Source: Camelus dromedarius (Eukaryota). Taken from it: a stretch of DNA of 64,000 nt. A program made the position numbers and the translations under genes. Numbering within the stretch: position 1 is the first letter of the stretch; each line of letters opens with the position of its first letter. Location of the stretch: assembly GCF_036321535.1 (NCBI RefSeq), contig NC_087436.1:82896001-82960000 (forward strand). The letters run 5' to 3'. The notes below the pieces were generated by a model. It saw only the letters and a program-made list of their open reading frames with translations. It made no database searches and was not told the origin of the DNA. Positions 55,000 to 64,000 of this stretch are shown one piece after another.

Positions 55000-55220
55000 A
55001 CTGTACCATCCAGATAGTAGCCACGAGCCACAAGTGGCTATTTAGATTTTAATTTGAATGCATTAAAATTACATGCAGTGAAACATTCAGTTCCTCAGCC
55101 ACTCTGGCCACATTTTAAGTACTCAGTGCCTTACATGGCCAGTGGCTACTCTATTATAGACAGTGGAAATACAGAGCATTTCCATCATCACAGAAAGTTC
55201 TGTTGAACAGCACCAGTCTA
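55000..55220. mobile_element. MER3-like hAT-Charlie element (related copy at ~60-210)
   Basis: tagtagccacgagccacaagtggctattt...catttccatcatcacagaaagttctgttgaacagcac. Confidence 0.75.
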
Positions 55221-56256
55221 GAAGGTCCTTTCTGACAGTTATTTATTTTTTGATGTAGTATTCACAGTGGGAAAGCCTGGGATTTATCAGAGGGCATAGA
55301 CCTCATTCTGTATCTCTCGTGCTGTTTATTCAGTCACACGTTTCTTCAGGAGAAACCATCACTAATGTGCCAAACCTTTTTCACAAAACAGTCGTAATAA
55401 TCAAGATCTTACAGAAATATTGCTAGGAATGGTATTAAGTAATGCGATTACAACAACTATCAAACACAATTTGTTGTGGCCAGAAACAGTTTAGAAGAGG
55501 TCTTTAAGTAAAATTCTGGAGATTTCCTTTCAACGTGTGCCCCAGGCTGGGTGTCTTATTTAGTGCTTCCCTTATAAATATCTTGCCCCCCAAACATCAG
55601 GAACCATTAAGTTCTCTTAAGGCAGGGAGGGGAACTCAGCTTATAACACACCTCCCCACGTGCTTCCACCAAGGCTTCTTGCTAGAGCTGTGCAGGTTAC
55701 GTGCCCTCCGGGCTGGAACTGCAAACCTGGGCAGCCGTCCTCCGTGCCTTGTCTATGGAAGTGCACTCTGTGGCTTTGCAGTCAGACAGAGCGGGGTTCA
55801 AATCCCCGCTCCGAGCCCTAGGCTGACTCCTGCAATAGAATACCAGTATTTCAGTCATCACAGTGTACATCAGCCTGGTACATGGTCAAAGCACAATAAA
55901 TGACACTTAATAATCAGTAATTAATTAATAATATGTAATAAGTATTTTCCTGGAGTTATTTTAAACTAGTTTTCATTTGTGGGGTTTTTTTTCCTCTCTC
56001 TTTTATTTTAATCTTTCTTGGGGAAAAATATCTCTAGTCATTTTAATTATAACCAGATCTGTTTTCACTGTATTTTAACTCATCATGTAAAATATAAGTG
56101 ACAGGAGCAGAAGCTTTGCTCTGTTCCCTGCTGTATTCCCAGCTCCAAGAACAGTGCCTGGTACATGATAGTCCCTCAGCAAATACTTTGTGAATGAGAA
56201 AATAGAAGCTGCTGGAGTTGGAAAAAAAAAAAAGAGATATTTTCCTTTTTTCCTTT

Positions 56257-56353
56257 TCTGTGTATCCCTTCCCTCTCTTTTACAGCTCTTCAAATTCATC
56301 AGCTTTAATAGGACCACGAGTCAGCTCTCCACAACCATGTCTCCACGTGCCAA
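56257..56353 (+). pseudogene. Partial duplicate of the PKD2 intron 7 acceptor and exon 8 5' end (pseudo-exon or candidate alternative last exon)
   Basis: Matches 56795-56889: intronic part identical except a 2-nt indel; 61 of 68 exonic nt identical. Confidence 0.9.
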
Positions 56354-56356
56354 GTC

Positions 56357-57004
<648 letters not shown>

Positions 57005-57745
57005 TAAGTAAACATGAAATTAAGAAGAAAAATTTATCAGATATCACTGCCTTCTAAAGGATAAAGAAATCTTCATAGTTGCTACTTAACTACCAACTGT
57101 TTAAAAGTAGTTTTTATAAATGATAATTTTTTTAAACAAGAATTAATTCTCTTTCCCAGAAACATTGACCCACCAATGCAAAGATGACCGTGCATTCTGA
57201 AATGCTAATGGTTAAGATACAGCCCTAAAGTAGTAAGATATAGAAGAACAGCTATCATAAACCAACTCTGTTCCAAAGACTGAGGTCTTCTGAGCACCAA
57301 ATGCAGAGCATTTCAGAGACCATTTGCCTACATTTTTATTCCTATTAAATATTATCACCATATATGTCAAACTTCAGCTTATTTTCTAAGGGGAGAAAAA
57401 AAGGTTTCTAATAGTCTGGGAGAAGCTCAAACCAATACAGGAATTTTCAGTCTTTTTCCAGAGTCCTCAAATATGATGTTAAAAACAGGTAAAGTAGTCA
57501 GTATCAGACTTCCATTCCCTTCAGAAAGGAGTTAGGAAAGAATCTGATCATCGTAACAGAAATTAATGGGGCTTTGTACACGAGGATCCCTAATTACTGT
57601 TGTTGTTTGATTAAAGTCAGGAATGGAAATAATTTTACTGATTAAGACCCAGTTTGGCAACATATAGCATCTCTTGAGCCCACTCTAAGTGCATTGAGAA
57701 TATTGGTTCTTCACACACATATAGTTTTGGCTGTCCTTAAAAAAA

Positions 57746-57874
57746 TTTTTTTTTGAAGAGGGCAGGTAATTTGGTTTACTTAGTTATTCTTTTTACTGGC
57801 AGTACCAGGGATTGAACCCAAGGACCTTGTGCACACTAAGCACACGCTCTACCACTGAGCTATACCCTCCTCCC
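57746..57874 (-). mobile_element. tRNA-Ala-derived SINE
   Basis: Reverse complement of the SINE head and tail. Confidence 0.85.
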
Positions 57875-58245
57875 ACCAAAAACTTTTTTAAAGAGGTTTT
57901 AAATTCAGACCCAGGATAACCGTTGTGACAGTTTAGAGTTATCATATTTTACCCAGATGATGTATTAAATTTTTATAGCCTATTGCTTTATTAGTCATAT
58001 AATGATAATAATGTTTTCTTTTTAACCAAATGGAAATAACACATTTAGCATGAAAGTGTATTATTTTTATTCTCGAAGACTTTAATTGCTCATATGAGTA
58101 GCATAAGTTTTCCAGAGGGATTGACAATTTTCTATTATTTGGCAGCTTTCTACATTGATTAAAAAAGGGTCCAAAAGTATGAAATCATCTTTTAAGAAAT
58201 GTTATGTCAAAAGAATGCTGGCCATTCTTTGTTTTTGTATTGTAG

Positions 58246-58419
<174 letters not shown>

Positions 58420-61400
58420 TGATTTAAACTTGATAAGTCACCGTCATAAGTCATCACCTTTTCTTTTCTCTCTCACTCTGTTCCCTATCATTTTTTTAAA
58501 AGACCCAGGAAGTGAAAAATGTAGATAGTAGAAAACATATTTTACTTTTCATTCATTCACAGTTTTAAGTCTTCACCAAGTATCTTTTCTGTGTTCTTTC
58601 ATTTATATATATGTATTCAATGCAAAAAAAATAATAGATCGAGTGCAGATTTGCAGTTAACCTAAAATAGTGCTTTGCCTAAAAAGTAGAATATGCTCAT
58701 GTGCTTTTTTTAACACAGACGTCAGCATTTTCGTGGTCACTTGCTTGCATGACTTTACATTTCTCTCCTTCTTTTCTTTTTAAAAAACAGAAACTGACAA
58801 AGCAAGTCAGATGCAGGGTGTCAGGTGTAACATTTGAGTGAATTATTGCTTGTCAAGAACAAGATAGTTTGTTTTAACTTACTCATATTTACTGCATCTG
58901 GAGACTGCCTACAAAGAATATTCACATTTTAATTTAAATCTAACAATGAATGGAAATTGCTTTAAAGATTATTTTCAAAAATAATTCTTTTATTCTTTGG
59001 ATTTGGTACAAATGAACATCTTCAATAACATTTTGGCCTTAAAATAATTAAGATTTTTAAAAAGACATTTTGTTCTTCGTCTTAACATTTACACATTTAT
59101 TTGTTCACTCCACTAAGAAAGCATTAAGTTAGCTTAACCTAGGTGGTGGGTATTTGTCATGTAAACACTAACACTTAAGATTTTCCTTATATTAACCATC
59201 ATCTTAAAAAGAGAAAACAACATTGTTTCCATTTTTAATAGATTTTATAAAGATCCTTTGTCTAAAGTTAAGTAACTCAGTTGTAAGAGCTCCAGAGTTG
59301 GTCCAGGTATTTAGTGGTTAAGTACATGGTACTCACTGACTGAGAATTAGATGTACGTTAATTAGACTGAAGGAGTCAGGAAAGCACATGCAAAAGTCCC
59401 TTTATATCCTGCTCTGTGCATGTGTCATGATGGTTTTAAACCTAAGCCTCTTAAAAGTTTCTGGTTCCTGTCATATATTTAAAAATTAGGGAGAAGAGTA
59501 AGCCTTTGTTACTCTCCAGCATTGGTAGTACTATGAATGCTGGAGCATCTGAATCCGTGAATCTCTACTAAGAGAACAAAAGCCAGCAACTGAGAGTTCA
59601 GTGGACTTCAGGCCACCTGAGTTTCCTTGATTGTCAGTCTGCCAAGTGAGGGACGTGGTCGTGGCAGTTGGAGATGCTCAAATGTGGACTCATTTGAATG
59701 TTGTCCCCTAGTAGACAGCACCTCCTAAATTATGCGTCATTTTATCAGATCAATCACTAGAACGTGAAAGCTTTTCGTGTTTGTATACTGAAATATTTTC
59801 CTGCTCCACTGCGCAAAAAGGCATTGTTCTCCCTGCATCCTCCAGAGAGAGGGGAGGCTGCTGTCAATATAAATCTTTCTTTTTTTTTCCATAAATGGCA
59901 AGCCAAGTGCAGGGTTGGTGACCATTCTGAGATAACTGCCAGGTGTTCATTTATTGCCCCCTTAAGAAGTCACAGTGGTGGTTCAGCTGAGCCAGGAAGC
60001 CAAAGCTTGGTCATCAGCAGGGAAGGACACCCATTATGGAGTCCACCCCACAGCTAAGGGAACCGTCCTCTCCCCACGCCTTCAAGAGCTGTTCTCAGCC
60101 ACTTCCTATTTTCTGAAATCCTTTCAGAGGACACACACTTTAATCCACCTCGGCTAAGACATTTGCAGGCATTAGCTAGCAGTCTTTGGAAACAAATAAA
60201 ACATGAGATGCCTGCACTGGAAAAAAGGTGGGAGAGGTTCCTTCAACTACAACTCTCTGACCGTGGAATCAAGCATTAAGCCAGGAACTGACCTGTATTT
60301 TGTATTCTATTCTCATTTCTGCTACAGAATCTTAAACAGTATGTTTCCTTATTTCATAGAGATTTAGTAGCTCATTAAAATAATACAGCTCACTGTAAGT
60401 CAATAGTGCTTCAATAAAAGTAAAATAAAATGCACCTCCTAAAATGGTGCTCAAAAGTTTACAGACATCAAATGGCCAGCAAAAGAGAGTGCCAGAGTAA
60501 GGCGTTGTAACAGTTTTAAAATTTTGTACAGTATTAAACAATCTATGTAATAGAAAAGTATGAAGAAATTCTGTGGAAGTTAAACAGTTGCCTGAGCAGG
60601 GCTTATATATATCTTCATAGTCTGGTTTAAAAATATGGGCCTAACATGGAACAAGAGATAATGGAAGAAATGAAACAGGGATATATTTAGTGTTCAGAAA
60701 TGTATTATTTAAACCTACAAGAAGCAAAATATCTGTTTCTCAAGTGATTCAAATATGTTATTGTCCGAGTCTTATTTGCCTCCCATAATAAAAATATTTT
60801 GTAGTCTTTGAGCTAGAAACTCAAGTCAGAGGGCACTGAACTAAACAAGAGAATGAGATTAGGCTTGGATAACTGAAGAAAAATGTTTTTGGCTGTAATC
60901 TCATGTCACCCTTTGAAGCTGGATAAACTCCTGCCCTCTGGAATCTCTGGATAATCTTCATATTAGGATGGACTTTGGTGAAAACATTAATTTCTCATAT
61001 GCTTTAAATAAGGAACATCACCAAAGTCTTCAATGGTCTCTAATAAGAAAAACCACTGAGGAAATTTATTGACCTCTTCAATTTATACTTTCCTTCTTAA
61101 AGTTAATTGTTTAATAAGTTTAATTATTATCACAAAGTTAAAATATTTATCAATAACTGAAGCTGTGTTTCAATTGAAACAGTTTTACCTTTATGTGAGG
61201 AAATAAAGCTCAGTTAATCAAGTTGTAGATTAACAATCTAAAAGTAATCATAATAATTAATAATAATAATAATAGAGCTGTCATTTGTTCATTCATCAAT
61301 CATTCAGTAAATACTTACTGAGCCGCTATATTCCAGGCAGTGTGCTGGGTGCTTGGGATGCAAGTGGTAAGGAAAATAGAAGCCAGCCCTCTCCTCGTGA

Positions 61401-62401
61401 AGATTCCGGGGACTTACAGGGAAAACAGACATAACCAAATACACAGCTGTATGGTCACAAAACACGTACTCAAAAGGAAACACAAAGGAAGAGCATGTAA
61501 AGAAAGGCCTGATCAGTTGGGTGCGGTGCTTCAAGAAAAGCTGTTGGAAACTGGTCTTGGAAATACAAACCATGACAGTGGGGAAGGGAAAAGTCAGGAA
61601 AATGAACTAACCATTACTGAATAATAAATAATAATAACTATAAATTATGTAGCACCTGCCATGCATTAGGCCCTGTCCTAAGCATTAAACGTAGACGATC
61701 TCATTAATTCTTACGACGGATCTGTAGGGGAGGTACTATTATTTTTCCCATTTCGTAAATGCTAAAACAAACAAATTTTAAAATGAAGAGAAGAGTTACA
61801 CAATTTAGTCTTGGCATTGCCAAGGCAGGAACTCAAGTTTGCTTGACTCCAAAGTTTGCCTTTTCCACTAAGCTTTTCCTGACTGCCTATTGTGTTTCTG
61901 TTTGCAGAGGTCTTTTTAACCCCTTAGAATGTATTCTGTAAATCGCAACTATTATTATGTAACAATATTTGGAATAGGCATAGAATTCCGCTTGTCTGTG
62001 TTAACTATTGAAATCTGAGGAGCTATTTAGAGTTCTGTGACCCTAATAATTTATGTCAGATGAAAACAATGTAGAGAACATAGATAAGAAAATAATAATC
62101 TCACCATTCATAAGTAAATACATTAATATTTTGTTGTATTTCATCTGTTTCTTTTTTTGCAAAATATATCACAATATATGGTTTTGTGAGGAAGAATATA
62201 CATTGCATTTTCCTTTGCCATGACAGTGGAAAAACTAACTTTCCCAAAGAATATGGTAGCAAAACTATTAAGTGATGACTTCTTAAAATATTCAGATTGT
62301 TTTAAAAAAAAAAAGGTACATGTTGAATTTTGGATTGGTGCTTACAAAATACATATTTAGGTTTCTTCTTTAATCTCTACCTTCTTTTGATTTACAAACA
62401 G

Positions 62402-62500
62402 AATATGTTTTTGGCCATCATCAATGATACTTACTCTGAAGTTAAATCTGATTTGGCCCAGCAGAAAGCTGAAATGGAACTCTCAGATCTTATCAGAAAG
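62402..62500 (+). CDS. PKD2: Polycystin-2 exon 10
   Basis: aaacag acceptor and gtatga donor; 99 nt; [33 protein letters not shown]. Confidence 0.97.
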
Positions 62501-63402
62501 GTATGACAAACCCTAATTCTCAGAATTGTTTTATTTTCTGCATAAAATGAGCATTGTTTCAGTCAGATTTGCAAATCAACATTGGTCCATTGACGCTGTT
62601 TAAAATAAAGAATCGATTGCTGTGTTCCAGGAATAATGTAACTGTTGTCTGCCTTGGAGCTAAGGATGGCTAATACTGCTAGCCTGAACTTAAATTCTGG
62701 GAATCCCTTAATGCCCGGGCATGAAATTCTCAATAATCTCTTTTGCCTCTTAAGAGCTGAGCTGCTGGTTTCATCCCCTTTATTTATTTTGACACCTCCT
62801 CTAGCTGACTTTCACTTCCAGATCCAGAGTTCAGAATAAACGGGAAGGGAAGATTATATATAAAGACATTTCTACTTCCTCTATCTCAATTACAATTTAA
62901 AAAAAGAAAAGAAAAGAAGCTTTAGAGACAAATATTTTGTAGTTTGCTCGTTATCCCTGACCTTCCAGGGGAGTTTTTAAAATAGTCAGAGAAAAGAGTC
63001 CCTGAAGCAAGGCCACAGCCGAAGGGCCTGAGAACTTTCACTGAAGCACCTTCTCAGGAAGTGTTTAATTGTTAAGTGGGAGGGCTGGACAGGAAGGTTG
63101 GGCAACTTTGTTCTTCTGGAAGTGACTTCTTTATTTGCTTTAAAGCAAAAACTTAAGCAACAACAGATAACTACATCTAAGTAAACAGTTTCTTCCCTAA
63201 CATGATTCTGCTAAGATACAGTGGCTCCTTGGCCATAATATTTTTCTGTTTGGTTCAAACCATAAGACAGTGTTCTCCGTGTGTCACGTCCTAACAGAGA
63301 ATGTCCACTTTGTAAAACAAAATCTCTTGAATGATACCTAACCTTAGTGTTGTCCTGAATTTTGCATAACAGTTGATTCCATTCTAGCAAATCCCCATGG
63401 TG

Positions 63403-63860
63403 TATACAAGCAGTCCTCACTTGGCACTTTGGTTCCGATATGCACAAATTTCAATTATTGCCGTAAGTAACACCAGCCTCTCAACAGAGTTCAGGTTTCA
63501 ATGATGACAGTATACTGACGGTAATGGCATAAAGTACAAACTTCACTTTCAGTTACCACAGTGCACTTCAGTTGTTACAGTGTATTAACTGTGAGTAACA
63601 GCACAAAGGACAAACTTCACTACTAGCCCTACAGATCATTACATAAATAACAGACGTGCATCAGAATCAGTGACTAACAATGTCACTTTCCAAGTCAAGG
63701 TGCGGTCACCAAGCATCTGCTGTTCAGTTTACCCACAAAACTTCTAGTTGTGTTGCCTCCTTATCTCCCAGTGATAAACCCATGTGACGTTTTACAAGTA
63801 TGCATAATCGAAAGAGAGAGAGGCCCAGCCAGCGAAGAAGAAAAGAAAGTGTAGCCAAAA
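63403..63860. mobile_element. Probable TcMar-Tigger-like DNA transposon remnant
   Basis: tatacaagcagtcctcactt...gttccgatatgcacaaatttca resembles Tigger-type termini. Confidence 0.45.
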
Positions 63861-63882
63861 AAAAAAAAAAAACAAAGAATGA

Positions 63883-63985
63883 GGGGGAGGGTCTAGCTCA
63901 GTGGTAGAGTGCGTGCTTAGCATGCACAAGGTCCTGGGTTCAATCCCCAGTACCTCCACGAATAATAATGATGATGATGATGATG
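63883..63985 (+). mobile_element. tRNA-Ala-derived SINE with an (AAT)/(GAT)n tail
   Basis: Same SINE head with intact A and B boxes. Confidence 0.88.
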
Positions 63986-64000
63986 GTAGAAGTGAGATTC

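Noticed and set aside
60328..60338. Possible 11-nt micro-exon (ctacag|aatcttaaaca|gtatgt) in PKD2 intron 9
   Set aside because: Would shift the frame; exons 9 and 10 already join in frame; such motifs arise by chance
63887..63958. Apparent tRNA-Ala(AGC) gene (also at 50564 and 32775)
   Set aside because: Acceptor stem mismatched, extra GGGGA leader, simple-repeat tail and multiple dispersed copies with TSDs indicate a SINE, not a tRNA gene

Overview
Mammalian genomic DNA containing the 3' half of SPP1 (osteopontin; exons 4-7 and 3' UTR, + strand, 725-~4070), an ~18 kb repeat-rich intergenic region, and the 5' part of PKD2 (polycystin-2/TRPP2; CpG-island promoter, uORF and coding exons 1-10, + strand, 22176-62500; the gene continues past the window). 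All exons have AG/GT boundaries and compatible phases. Six copies of a tRNA-Ala-derived SINE, and an osteopontin without the ruminant-type exon 7 deletion, suggest a camelid (inference). There is no prokaryotic-type system. The most unusual observation is a ~97-bp second copy of the PKD2 exon 8 acceptor and first 68 coding nt, ~540 bp upstream of the real exon and separated from it by an antisense L1 fragment. It is in frame, stops after 34 codons and is followed by AATAAA, so it is a candidate alternative last exon for a pore-less polycystin-2. Other points: osteopontin [10 protein letters not shown] in place of RGD-SVVYGLR, a Tyr-to-Cys change in the PKD2 TOP domain, a consensus 5' splice site just upstream of the PKD2 exon 7 acceptor, an intronic CTCF motif and a probable SINE 3' transduction. 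Repeat family names and boundaries were assigned by eye and are approximate; comparisons with human sequences are from memory.
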